The notes beneath the pieces were generated by a model. The model searched no databases. It was not told the DNA's origin and was given only the letters and a program-made list of their open reading frames with translations. From the IMG/VR virus record IMGVR_UViG_3300043567_000723: 64,000 nt of DNA; one strand, 5' to 3'. This document shows, one piece after another, positions 18,818-27,670 of the stretch. Each line of letters starts with the position of its first letter. Positions within the stretch are counted from its first letter, which is position 1. A program made the position numbers and the translations under genes. This stretch comes from a virus (taxonomy: Duplodnaviria > Caudoviricetes).

Positions 18818-19265
18818 GCAGCAATTGGTCACGAAGTTTCCTGAGCTGTTTGGAGATCGGGACAAACCGCCCACGGAAACGCTGATTTGTTTTGGCTGCG
18901 AGTGCGACGACGGCTGGTTTGACCTGATCTACACAGCCTGCCACGTGATTCAAAATCACATGGAATACAAGCCTGAAACTCCGCAGTTTCGGTTTAGCCA
19001 AATCAAAGAAAAGTTTGGCGGACTGCGGTTGTACTTCTACGGCGGCGATGACTACACACGCGCGGTGTGCGTCGTGGCTGAAACTATGTCGTACAAGATC
19101 TGCGAGATCACTGGCGACCGCGGGCAGCTGTGTTCAACCGGATACTGGCTGCGCACTTTGTCACCAGCAATGGCAGAAAAACACGGATACAAGCTGCTGT
19201 CAAAGGATGACGACGATGACGAAGAAAAAAACAATAGCGACAGCGCCGAGCAAACAGAAAAGTGA
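18801..19265 (+). CDS. conserved phage hypothetical protein
   Basis: CDDGWFDLI...QIKEKFGGLRLY...SYKICEITG motif, common in phage proteins. Confidence 0.65.
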   Translation: MRDELEQQLVTKFPELFGDRDKPPTETLICFGCECDDGWFDLIYTACHVIQNHMEYKPETPQFRFSQIKEKFGGLRLYFYGGDDYTRAVCVVAETMSYKICEITGDRGQLCSTGYWLRTLSPAMAEKHGYKLLSKDDDDDEEKNNSDSAEQTEK

Positions 19266-19596
19266 GCGGGCTCCGCGCGTGTCAGTGCCCGAGCTATTTC
19301 GGTTGTGGCACGAAGAAATAAACACAACCGATATCTGCGTGCGGCTTGGTATTAGCAAATCAGCTATTAGCCGGCTAGCTAAAAGATACGGATTGCCAAA
19401 ACGAAAAAACGGCAATAACGGAAAAACTAAAAACGTTGACCCGTCGCCAGAAGAAATAGCAAAGTTGGCACTTGAAACACGCGCAAAATGGTCGGATAAA
19501 GAACTAGACGATCGCTATCAAGGTCCGAGTCGCAAGAACTGGTGCGCGCCTGCGTATACGTATAACGCTAGCAGCGGCAGCTTTTTACCAAAATGA
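19207..19596 (+). CDS. HTH DNA-binding protein
   Basis: LFRLWHEEINTTDICVRLGISKSAISRLAKRYGLPKR helix-turn-helix; start at ATG 19207 or 19216. Confidence 0.65.
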   Translation: MTTMTKKKTIATAPSKQKSERAPRVSVPELFRLWHEEINTTDICVRLGISKSAISRLAKRYGLPKRKNGNNGKTKNVDPSPEEIAKLALETRAKWSDKELDDRYQGPSRKNWCAPAYTYNASSGSFLPK

Positions 19597-19605
19597 GCAA
19601 CGCAA

Positions 19606-19839
19606 ATGACACTACCTTACGAGCGTTATCGCGCGGTGCAACACGCCCGGGAATTGCTGCAAGACTTACTAGACGCAAAGAAAACGCCAAAAGTACCAAG
19701 AAAAATTCGCCTGCGTGCGCTCAGTGTGTTGCGGCACTATCCGTATAAATATGACATGGAGAATGCGGCACAAGCAGCGCCAGACGTATTTGCAGTAACA
19801 AGCCCGCTGTGTAAAGGAGACACGCGCGAAGATGCTTAG
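19606..19839 (+). CDS. BPSL0761-like small protein
   Basis: MTLPYERYRAV...TPKVPRKIRLRALSVLRHYP. Confidence 0.6.
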   Translation: MTLPYERYRAVQHARELLQDLLDAKKTPKVPRKIRLRALSVLRHYPYKYDMENAAQAAPDVFAVTSPLCKGDTREDA

Positions 19840-20161
19840 AACAAATAAAAAGTACGACGGTTACGAACCGTCAGACCAAGATATTGTTATCAATAACTAC
19901 AGGCTCGTCTGTACGTGCCCCGCGTGCCCTGAGCAATATGACGTATTTGACGATACCACTGGCGGGCTTATGGGCTACCTGCGTTTGCGCCACGGCGACT
20001 TTCGCGCTGACTGCCCAGACGTTGGCGGCGAAATTGTCTACTCGTCAAATCCAAAAGGCGACGGAATATTTGACGAAGACGAACGGTTACCAGAACTCAT
20101 AAAAGCCGTAGTGGCAATAAAAAACTGGTGGGACAAACTTAAGGAGGAGCAAAATATATGA
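19832..20161 (+). CDS. hypothetical protein
   Basis: TCPACPEQYD...GYLRLRHG motif; intact ORF. Confidence 0.6.
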   Translation: MLRTNKKYDGYEPSDQDIVINNYRLVCTCPACPEQYDVFDDTTGGLMGYLRLRHGDFRADCPDVGGEIVYSSNPKGDGIFDEDERLPELIKAVVAIKNWWDKLKEEQNI

Positions 20162-20421
20162 AAAAACAACACGACGATGCCGGCATTTGGTCGCTGATGG
20201 CAATAGTGTTTATTATCGGCACATTTGTATCTATGGTAATCGGCGGCGTTACAAATACAAGCAGCACGCCAACTCCAATGTTCAACCCCGACGCAGGCTC
20301 GTTTGAGCATCGGTACGTCAAAGAGCGCGTCAAGTTAGAAGGCTATAGCGACAAAGAAGCAAGCCAAGCCGCAGACGCGATCATGAAGTTTCACAACGCT
20401 CAACAGGCGCGCAAGAAATGA
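20158..20421 (+). CDS. single-pass membrane protein
   Basis: N-terminal transmembrane segment. Confidence 0.6.
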   Translation: MKKQHDDAGIWSLMAIVFIIGTFVSMVIGGVTNTSSTPTPMFNPDAGSFEHRYVKERVKLEGYSDKEASQAADAIMKFHNAQQARKK

Positions 20422-20555
20422 AAACGTACATTGTGTACGACCCCAAGGGCGATGAGATGCCCGAACTAATTAAAGCGGCAAGCCATAACGCAGCCGAAAA
20501 GAAAGCCGTAAAAAAATACGGCGCAGGTTCAAGCGTCTCTTACACTGAGGTTTAA
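20418..20555 (+). CDS. small hypothetical protein (45 aa, not in track)
   Basis: MKTYIVYDPKGDEMPELIKAASHNAAEKKAVKKYGAGSSVSYTEV*; fills the gap with an ATGA overlap. Confidence 0.55.
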   Translation: MKTYIVYDPKGDEMPELIKAASHNAAEKKAVKKYGAGSSVSYTEV

Positions 20556-20556
20556 C

Positions 20557-20883
20557 GTGACCCAGAAATACAAATATCTGGACAAAGGATTTCTCAACCG
20601 CATCAATCGCATGTCGCGCGACGTGCTGCAGTACAACAGGTCGCTACCGCAGTCGCTAGTAGACGCGCTACCAGAAGAGCGGTTTTACGTTATCACGTGG
20701 TCAATGTTGCACGAGCACATTGCCGGAAAGCCGGCTGACCCGCATATGCGCTGCCTGATCTATGGCGGCCCAGACGTACCAAACCCACTAATCCTCGATA
20801 TGGAAATGGGATTGTACGAGATTCTGCCTGAATACGAAGTGCGTGAAAAAGAAAACGGCGAAATTGAAACCGTGCAAGTTTAA
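20557..20883 (+). CDS. hypothetical protein
   Basis: GTG start; intact ORF. Confidence 0.55.
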   Translation: MTQKYKYLDKGFLNRINRMSRDVLQYNRSLPQSLVDALPEERFYVITWSMLHEHIAGKPADPHMRCLIYGGPDVPNPLILDMEMGLYEILPEYEVREKENGEIETVQV

Positions 20884-20896
20884 TGAAAGGATTTAT

Positions 20897-22324
20897 ATGG
20901 GACGAGGGAGCAATAAGCGAATGGCCAAGAAACGCGCTGCCCGGCAAGTTGCGGCAGCAAGAAATGAAAGCTATCTAGACGCGCAAGACGTAGATCTTGA
21001 CGACGAAGATATGGTTGTGGCAAATGTTACAGTCAAGCCAAAGCAGTTGTCGTGGAAGCACCGCAAGTCTGGAGAGACGGGTGTATTCGCAGCGCTGTTT
21101 GAAGAAGTGCTATACGACGTACCAGAAGGATTGAGCGCTACACCGGCGACACGTATTGCAAAATACAACGCCATTATGCGGGCTATTAATTCAACGCCGG
21201 CAAACGCGGACAAGACTGGAACCATCACAGTCCGCATTCCGTGGACGATGTTGGACTTCCCGCCAGACGGCGTGGGCCGTGAGGTGCGCGTTAATAAAGG
21301 CCACATCGGCCATATTGTGCGGCATTATCACGAGCCAAGCTGGTGCCCGCCAATGGTTACAATGCTGCCAATCTATGACGACAACGGGCAGCTTATTACC
21401 GTGCGCTTTTATGTACCAGATGGCTGGCATCGCACACGTATCCGGCTAGAGATGCATTACGCGCAAAACCCGGAGAATCTGCGCACAGGTAAAAATCCTG
21501 TCGAGATCGAAGTGAGTGCGGCGCCAGTAAAGTCTATTGTTGAAGTAGCAGAGGCGTTTGCTGCTGCTAACGGCAAAGGCACGCAGCCGATGGCCGGCAG
21601 CGATTCGTGGCGCAACGACTACATTGCCGGCGAAGAAAACGTTGTCAAGGCAGTTGAGCTGGCGGCTGAGTATGGGCTTGATGCATCTGCGTCCCCAAAC
21701 AAGCGCGGTTGGCCGCGGTTTACAAACGGCAAGATCATCATGCATATGTGCAATGGCGCGCGTTATCATTTTCCGTGGATCACAGAAAAAGACGTACGCC
21801 GAGCACTGCAGCTGATTACAGATCCGGCGTGTGAAGGGCTGTACGGTCACAAAGACGCCTTGAAGCAAAACTTCTTTGGCGGACTGTGCCACCTGATTGC
21901 TTATTACGAGCGACCGGGTTACATGCACGACGCAGGGCTAAAGCACGTGTTCTCTCGACCTGACGTTTTGTCGCGCGTCGAAGAGCTGGCCAAGGAAATG
22001 TCGCCAGCGTTGCTCGTAGTTGAAATGCAGATTCCAGAAGCGTCAATCTCGCGTGACGAGTCAAAGCGCTATCACAACTACGCTGCGGCAATGCGCCGGC
22101 TATACTTAGCCAGCGTACCGGCACCAAAAGCGCGCAACAGCAACTGGATGGAATGCCCGCCAGAGCTGCGACAGTTGTTTCACGTAGCGCCCGGCATTCA
22201 AGATGAAAACGAGCGTAAGCGATTCATTGCCGAAATGAACGCTGCGCTTATTAAGAAAACAGGACCCAAGAAAAGGGCCAACAAGAGCAAAATTACCGAT
22301 GAAGATAAAAACTTCACACGGTAA
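20897..22324 (+). CDS. ParB/Srx-like (DUF6551-like) domain protein
   Basis: AAGGA SD; PPMVTML...FYVPDGWHRTRIR corresponds to the ParB/sulfiredoxin DGxHR motif. Confidence 0.55.
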   Translation: MGRGSNKRMAKKRAARQVAAARNESYLDAQDVDLDDEDMVVANVTVKPKQLSWKHRKSGETGVFAALFEEVLYDVPEGLSATPATRIAKYNAIMRAINSTPANADKTGTITVRIPWTMLDFPPDGVGREVRVNKGHIGHIVRHYHEPSWCPPMVTMLPIYDDNGQLITVRFYVPDGWHRTRIRLEMHYAQNPENLRTGKNPVEIEVSAAPVKSIVEVAEAFAAANGKGTQPMAGSDSWRNDYIAGEENVVKAVELAAEYGLDASASPNKRGWPRFTNGKIIMHMCNGARYHFPWITEKDVRRALQLITDPACEGLYGHKDALKQNFFGGLCHLIAYYERPGYMHDAGLKHVFSRPDVLSRVEELAKEMSPALLVVEMQIPEASISRDESKRYHNYAAAMRRLYLASVPAPKARNSNWMECPPELRQLFHVAPGIQDENERKRFIAEMNAALIKKTGPKKRANKSKITDEDKNFTR

Positions 22325-22338
22325 AGTAAGATAAACGC

Positions 22339-22384
22339 GTAGGGGCGGGTGTAATAACCCGCCCCTACCGTTTCTTTTCTTTTG
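22339..22384 (+). terminator. intrinsic terminator
   Basis: GTAGGGGCGGGT-GTAATA-ACCCGCCCCTAC followed by a T-rich tract. Confidence 0.85.
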
Positions 22385-22404
22385 ATATCAGCAGCTTGTC
22401 CGGC

Positions 22405-22553
22405 AGCTTCCTGTCCAGTAAAGCCGGGCTCACTTGTCTGTTCTACGTGCTGTGTTCACTTCCACAGAAAACAGACTGGTAATCCCAAACGCGTGTCACG
22501 ATAGGTTCATGCCCTATTGTGTGACTGTGCAATTCAGTCGTTGGGATCTTTTT
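22405..22553. ncRNA. candidate structured ncRNA, family unknown
   Basis: Non-coding, with nested stems GTCTGTT/AACAGAC enclosing CTGTG/CACAG, and ATCCCAA/TTGGGAT enclosing GTCAC..ATAGG/CCTAT..GTGAC; ends in a T-tract. Confidence 0.35.
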
Positions 22554-22588
22554 AAAAACGTGTAGTACCTACAAAGCTACAACAACAA

Positions 22589-22750
22589 ATGACCAGAGAA
22601 CAAGCAATAAAGTTTATTCTGCGCGTTTTAAACAGCCGAATGTCAATCTTGAGTCCAGACAAAGCAAAAGCATTACAACTAGCAGAAGAACACAAAGTAA
22701 CAACTATAGAGTTGATCGAAGCGTACGAAAAAATAGCTAAACAGATCTAA
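22589..22750 (+). CDS. small helical protein (53 aa, not in track)
   Basis: MTREQAIKFILRVLNSRMSILSPDKAKALQLAEEHKVTTIELIEAYEKIAKQI*. Confidence 0.55.
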   Translation: MTREQAIKFILRVLNSRMSILSPDKAKALQLAEEHKVTTIELIEAYEKIAKQI

Positions 22751-22985
22751 GCTGTCATCTAAAAAATAATCAAACAGCCCCCGATCATCTAATACCCTTA
22801 AAAACGCTTAGAGAGCCTTTTTGGCTCTAAGCTCCGTGTAGGCAAAGCCTACACTAGGTCCGCGTAAATCGGACAAGATTTGTGTTTTGCGCTTGCTCTA
22901 AGTCTTTGGTGCGTAAGACTTTGAAGCGCAATTTTGGGTCATTTTACCCCCTTGGTTTTGCCCTCGCACCAATTTAAATATCAAA

Positions 22986-23876
22986 ATGTCAGATCTCACT
23001 CTTATGCCCGCTAGAAAAAAACGGGCTGCAACGATAGGCTCTGTCCAAGTAGCAGTCAAAACTGTGACGGGCAAAGCGCTACGAGCCAGAAAAAAACGAC
23101 AGCAGCGCCGGCAGACAGCTTCCGGGTGCGTTCTGTACCGCGGGCCGAGCCCGTGGGCGTTAGACGGCCTCCCAGAAGCTGACAGGGCCATTGTGATCCT
23201 GCTGACGTTCTCGTCCACGAACCGCAAGACAGGCGACACGTGCCAGCTGTGGCTTTTTGCCGACAAGCTCAAGCCCACCGAAGCCAAAGCTGCTGGGCTG
23301 AACCAGCTGGTCTGTGGCGACTGCGCGCTGATGCAGGTCTGCTACGTCAAGCTGCATCAGGCTCCGCGCATGATCTGGAACTCCTACAAGAACGGAAACT
23401 ACCCAGATTACCAGCCAGACCAGCACGATTGGATTATTGCTGAGAAAGGCGTTCGGTTCGGCGCCTACGGCGATCCAGTTCTGGTACCGATTGAATTGGT
23501 CCAGCATTTTGTTAGAGTTTCAAATCACAACTACACCGGGTTCACAGAGCAATGGGCCAAACCCGAGTACCAGATGTACCGGCCGTATTTCATGGCCAGC
23601 GTTCACCGCGACGAAGATATTCCCAGAGCCACGGCACTGGGTTGGCGCCACTACAGGGTTGGCACTGACGGCCCGAAAGCCGGCGAAGTCTTGTGCCCGC
23701 ACCAGAACGAAAAACTTACGCAGGTTATTCAGTGCAGCACGTGTCAGGCGTGCAATGGCGCCAGCAGACCAGTGGGCCAGCAGCAGCGTCACAGTATTTT
23801 TGCCTATCCGACTGGCACAAAGTACATCAACACGCGATGGAAGAAAAACCTCGCAAGAACTCAACTAGAAAATTAA
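22986..23876 (+). CDS. Cys-rich phage protein, Gp88/DUF7227-like (radical-SAM-related fold suspected)
   Basis: STNRKTGD...VCGDCA..CYV...VRFGAYGDP...TGFTEQW...MASVH...EVLCP...CSTCQAC. Confidence 0.6.
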   Translation: MSDLTLMPARKKRAATIGSVQVAVKTVTGKALRARKKRQQRRQTASGCVLYRGPSPWALDGLPEADRAIVILLTFSSTNRKTGDTCQLWLFADKLKPTEAKAAGLNQLVCGDCALMQVCYVKLHQAPRMIWNSYKNGNYPDYQPDQHDWIIAEKGVRFGAYGDPVLVPIELVQHFVRVSNHNYTGFTEQWAKPEYQMYRPYFMASVHRDEDIPRATALGWRHYRVGTDGPKAGEVLCPHQNEKLTQVIQCSTCQACNGASRPVGQQQRHSIFAYPTGTKYINTRWKKNLARTQLEN

Positions 23877-23890
23877 TCAAAGAACTAAAA

Positions 23891-24028
23891 ATGAACAACA
23901 TTCATTTTGATCCGGTAGCCGTTATTGACCACCCAGAATTATTGACCTCTGAGCTAGGTAAGGTATGCTGCGCAATATTTTGTATGCGCGATAGCTTTAA
24001 AGACGACTGCCGTTTGCCTAAAGAATAG
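23891..24028 (+). CDS. small hypothetical protein
   Basis: The ATG at 23891 is in the frame of track ORF 23693. Confidence 0.4.
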   Translation: MNNIHFDPVAVIDHPELLTSELGKVCCAIFCMRDSFKDDCRLPKE

Positions 24029-24057
24029 GCCGCGTACGTTTTAACACGGAGGTTTAT

Positions 24058-24588
24058 ATGAGTTTGATTCGTGGCAACATGTCTGTTCGACGCAACGATA
24101 AATGCCCGTGCGACAGCGGCAAGAAATATAAACATTGCCACTCGCCGGAAGCGTCAAAGCATCCAAACAGCCACATGAAGCCGGTGAAGTACATAGACAG
24201 CGGCGAAGAAGCTGTGAAGTACGTAATCGGCGATAGTACAGGCGTAAAATTCTTCTCCGACAAAGATAACAATATCCTTGTCTTTGCCTCGCGCGAAGAA
24301 GCCACGGCAATTGCGCTGCTCGAAGACTTTGCTGACCAAGCGCCCGGCGAGATTAACGTTGCCGGCGTTGGGCAAACCAAGTGGGAGCATTTGCAAACCA
24401 AGCTGCCGTATGTAGAAGTTAAAAGTGTTGAGCACGCCGCGAGCCTCATTCGCGAGCGTATTGAAATTCAAGCCGCCAAACTGGAGAGCATGTCTGATGA
24501 AGTCGACCAACCAGAAGAAGAAAATAGTTCCAAAGAAAAAGCCCAGCCGGAAACCGCAAGCGAAGAAAACGAAATCAACGCGCAGTGA
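24058..24588 (+). CDS. SEC-C motif protein
   Basis: GGAGG SD; RNDKCPCDSGKKYKHCH zinc-binding SEC-C motif. Confidence 0.8.
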   Translation: MSLIRGNMSVRRNDKCPCDSGKKYKHCHSPEASKHPNSHMKPVKYIDSGEEAVKYVIGDSTGVKFFSDKDNNILVFASREEATAIALLEDFADQAPGEINVAGVGQTKWEHLQTKLPYVEVKSVEHAASLIRERIEIQAAKLESMSDEVDQPEEENSSKEKAQPETASEENEINAQ

Positions 24589-24883
24589 TGCCGTTGACGT
24601 AGTCCTTCTTGAAACGCTGGACGAGTTGGTGTCTGTATTGAAGGGTCACCGGGAAGTGCTGGCCGACCTGCAAAAGCATGTAGCTGCGTTATATGCGCGC
24701 AGTAAATACGATAATCAGCCGCAGCAGCCGCAGCCGCAACAATGGCCTAGCTGGCCGTTAGCCGGCAAAGGCACATACACATATGCGGCGCCGTATTACG
24801 TCGACTGCACGAACGGTTCGCAGCATTTGTACGGGTATATCGGCAACCAGCCAGCGGGTTCAAACCAACCTAAGAACAAATAA
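24497..24883 (+). CDS. hypothetical protein with K-rich N-terminus
   Basis: The ATG at 24497 is in the frame of track ORF 24425; start uncertain. Confidence 0.5.
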   Translation: MKSTNQKKKIVPKKKPSRKPQAKKTKSTRSDAVDVVLLETLDELVSVLKGHREVLADLQKHVAALYARSKYDNQPQQPQPQQWPSWPLAGKGTYTYAAPYYVDCTNGSQHLYGYIGNQPAGSNQPKNK

Positions 24884-24885
24884 CA

Positions 24886-25182
24886 ATGGACCTTGAGCCT
24901 ATTTGGGCCGGCGACAAGCAGGCTATTCGGCTTGCCATGGGTGAGTTGAGCGCGCAAGAAATGCGTAGCGTTCTTGCGTTGCTCAATCTTCTTCGCCCAG
25001 AGCACGAGAAGCTGCAATACAAGCTGCGCGAGTATTCATTGGAATTACTCGCGCTGCACGATCAGGCACTATTAACTCAGATGGCTTACCTCAAACAACA
25101 AGGATGCTGTAATGACGTTTCACGAACTGGAAGAGAAGGTGCTGCAGTGGGCGATGGACCGGAAGATCATTCCCAACAGTAA
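24886..25182 (+). CDS. hypothetical protein
   Basis: Intact ORF in run. Confidence 0.5.
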   Translation: MDLEPIWAGDKQAIRLAMGELSAQEMRSVLALLNLLRPEHEKLQYKLREYSLELLALHDQALLTQMAYLKQQGCCNDVSRTGREGAAVGDGPEDHSQQ

Positions 25183-25420
25183 TCCCACAGCGCAACTCAT
25201 GAAGACAATGTCGGAGTTGGGCGAGTTAGCCGACGCCACGCTCAAGGGCGATGACGCCGGCATTGTGGACGGCGTAGGCGACGTGCTGGTGACACTGATT
25301 CTGTACTGCAAATTACAAGAAATCAGCGTAGCGGCATGTTTAGGTCGTGCCTACGATGAGATTAAAGATAGAAAAGGCACTTTAACACCAGAAGGTATTT
25401 TTGTGAAAGAGACAGCATGA
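25112..25420 (+). CDS. mazG: MazG-like NTP pyrophosphohydrolase
   Basis: QLMKTMSELGELADA..KGD...IVDGVGDVLVTL (ExxE...DxxxD) and YDEIKDRKG. Confidence 0.8.
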   Translation: MTFHELEEKVLQWAMDRKIIPNSNPTAQLMKTMSELGELADATLKGDDAGIVDGVGDVLVTLILYCKLQEISVAACLGRAYDEIKDRKGTLTPEGIFVKETA

Positions 25421-25967
25421 TCGATCCAAATAAAGTAATAAGTGACTGCGAGCAAGCCGATCATATTATGCAGGATCAACGGGCCGAAATTGATCGGCTC
25501 AAGGAAGCCCTCCGCCGCCTCGCTGACCAAGACGCCACGCTCTCGGTGTGCAACGGCAACGTAATTGTGACGATGGACGCCACGCTCACCGACGAGGAGT
25601 TGGAGGCGGTGGAGTGGTCGATTAACGATCAGATTGCCGGTGGGCATCAAGATCACCCAACTGTTAAAGCCGTTATCGTCACCCTGCGCGGCCTGCTGGA
25701 GCGGCTTGGAGGTGACAAGTGAGTGACATCGTTTTCGACGGCATGGTGTTTGACAGGCTCCGCGAGATAGGCGACCAGAGCGACAGGATTGCATCGCTGG
25801 AGTCAGAGATCGCCCGCCTGCGCCTCACCGACGATGAACGGGAGACGATCAAGCGGGCGATTGACTCGCAGCAGGACCGGGCTGCCGAAATGCACAGTAG
25901 ATCATGGGACGCAGCCGCCATCGACGAGGACTGCGACACGCTACGCGGGCTGCTGGAACGACTAGGT

Positions 25968-26057
25968 TGAGAACACCGAAGATCAACAGCCGCGAACTAG
26001 GAGGGCGGCGACTATGAGCGATACGAATGAGCAGTCTGTTGCATCGAATGGTTCTCA
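25968..26057 (-). mobile_element. integron attC recombination site
   Basis: Minus strand: TGAGAAC-CATTC-GAT[G]CAACAG[A]CTGC...GCGG-CTGTTG-ATC-TTCGGT-GTTCTCA. It has perfect 7-bp R boxes, 5/6-nt spacers and two extrahelical bases spaced as in canonical attC. Confidence 0.75.
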
Positions 26058-26334
26058 CGGGGAGCCAGTCGCGTGGGGTGTGTTTTACGGCGATGGAAAA
26101 CTTCATTCATTATTGGACTCGCACGCAAAGGCCGAATGCACGGCGTTGACAATGCGAAAGTTCGACCATCTCGGCGTCTATGTTTCGCCGCTCTATTGCC
26201 AGCCAACGCTCACCGAAGCGGAGCAACTCGCAGTTGCATGGGCGGCGAGAGAGGCCGACGAGTGGGACGAGGAAGACACCCCAGAGGTCGCTGCACACGC
26301 CGATGCGTTGCGCGGGTTGGCAAGGCGACTATTC

Positions 26335-26363
26335 TGAGAACGAACAGGATCGCGTGGTTCTGG
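26335..26363 (-). mobile_element. collapsed attC remnant
   Basis: Minus strand CCAGAAC-CACGC-GATC-CTGTTC-GTTCTCA: same R boxes and 5/6 spacers, with the central stem deleted at GATC. Confidence 0.55.
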
Positions 26364-26375
26364 AGACACACACAC

Positions 26376-26543
26376 ATGACAATCACTCAAATAATCGGCG
26401 CTGCACTGATCTCATCACCATTTGCGGGCGTTGCTGTGTTGTGCCACATGCACGGCGGCTGGCCCGCCGTTGCTGTAGTGTTTGGTGCGAGCGGAGCCGT
26501 TGTTGCTGCTATCGCACTTGGGTGTCGACTTCTGGTTCCATAA
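26376..26543 (+). CDS. small two-helix membrane peptide
   Basis: MTITQIIGAALISSPFAGVAVLCHMHGGWPAVAVVFGASGAVVAAIALGCRLLVP*, lying between attC-like sites 2 and 3. Confidence 0.55.
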   Translation: MTITQIIGAALISSPFAGVAVLCHMHGGWPAVAVVFGASGAVVAAIALGCRLLVP

Positions 26544-26567
26544 CACGCAGGATCAGGAGCGGCGAAC
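26538..26567 (-). mobile_element. attC half-site (L'-R' arm)
   Basis: Plus strand CCATAAC-ACGCAG-GATCAGGAGCGGCGAAC parallels AGAAC-ACCGAA-GATCAACAGCCGCGAAC of site 1; no partner arm found. Confidence 0.45.
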
Positions 26568-27004
26568 AATGAGCGATGACAACACGCACATGGCTACGGC
26601 AAAGCTGGCTGCCGCGAACACATGGCTGCAAGAAGAAATCAAGCGGTTGCGGCTCACCGACGCGGAGCGGGAGGCGGTGGAGTGGGCGGAAGAACTCGCT
26701 GGAAACTGCGAAGAGTTTGATCGCGTTGACACGCTTCGCAACCTACTGGAGAGAACGAAGTGACTAAAACACAATGTCAAGTTCCGTCGCAAATAAACGT
26801 GACGCTCACAGACGAGCAGCGAGAGTCATTGCGGGCGTCCTTGTCAGGCGGTGCAGGAGGCCCGCTGGTTCATCCACCGCAGCCCGCGCTCACCGACGAG
26901 GAGCGTGAGGCGATACAGCGGCTGATTGAAGATTACGAACAAGACGGCGAGCCAGCGAGCGCAGTCTGTGTTGCCACGCTGCGTACTTTATTAGAAAGGC
27001 TGAA

Positions 27005-27448
27005 ATGAATCCAATTCGAGAAAACACTATTCCGCTCAACGAGTGTCGCAACGGCTGGGTGTATAGATTGTCCAGTCGAAATCTTGGCTTTGGCGTTTTC
27101 GTGCAGGCCAGCAATGGTTTTATCGGCATCCGCGAGAAATTTAATCACAAATATCTATTCACTGAGTACCACCGTGATACGGGTGTGCCGTTTGGAACAG
27201 TGTGCCCCAAGGAAGAACTGGAACCTGCTCCACCCGGTTTAGTATTGAAAGAAAACGGCCCGCTTATTAATGAGGAAAACGGTCGCGTCGTCGTGCTCGA
27301 AGCGGGAACGGAATATCCGTCACCGCGAACCTATCGGTACGCCGATACATCAGAGATCTGCGATCCGGGTGAAATTGTGTGGTCGTGCAACCAACCGTTA
27401 CACGACTATATGTTGTTAGTTGAAAACAAATATTGCAATAAAACATAA
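27005..27448 (+). CDS. hypothetical protein
   Basis: ATGA overlap; intact ORF. Confidence 0.6.
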   Translation: MNPIRENTIPLNECRNGWVYRLSSRNLGFGVFVQASNGFIGIREKFNHKYLFTEYHRDTGVPFGTVCPKEELEPAPPGLVLKENGPLINEENGRVVVLEAGTEYPSPRTYRYADTSEICDPGEIVWSCNQPLHDYMLLVENKYCNKT

Positions 27449-27670
27449 AAGAGAAAACGACGTGAGGAGCGACCCCAACGACTGCGACGAGACCGTCCTT
27501 TTGACCGCCGAGGTGCGGCGATTGCAGGCGATTATCGCCGCAAGTGATCCTGTACTCACCGACGAGGAGCGGTTCGTCTTGCGAGAGGCGCGAGACTTTT
27601 ACGCCGACGTTGACGATGTCAGGTGCAACGAAATAGCGGCGGTCATCGACGGGCTGCTGGAGCGCACAAA

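Noticed and set aside
8293-22368. Shared GGGT-GTAANA-ACCC loop in the hairpins at 8293 and 22339 as a special repeat family
   Set aside because: Only two copies, both directly after stop codons; adequately explained as terminators with a favoured loop.
22405-22553. Known ribozyme, SRP RNA or tmRNA
   Set aside because: No hammerhead CUGAUGA/GAAA core, no SRP GGAA/AGCAG domain IV and no tRNA-like ends on either strand by eye; kept only as an unknown structured RNA.
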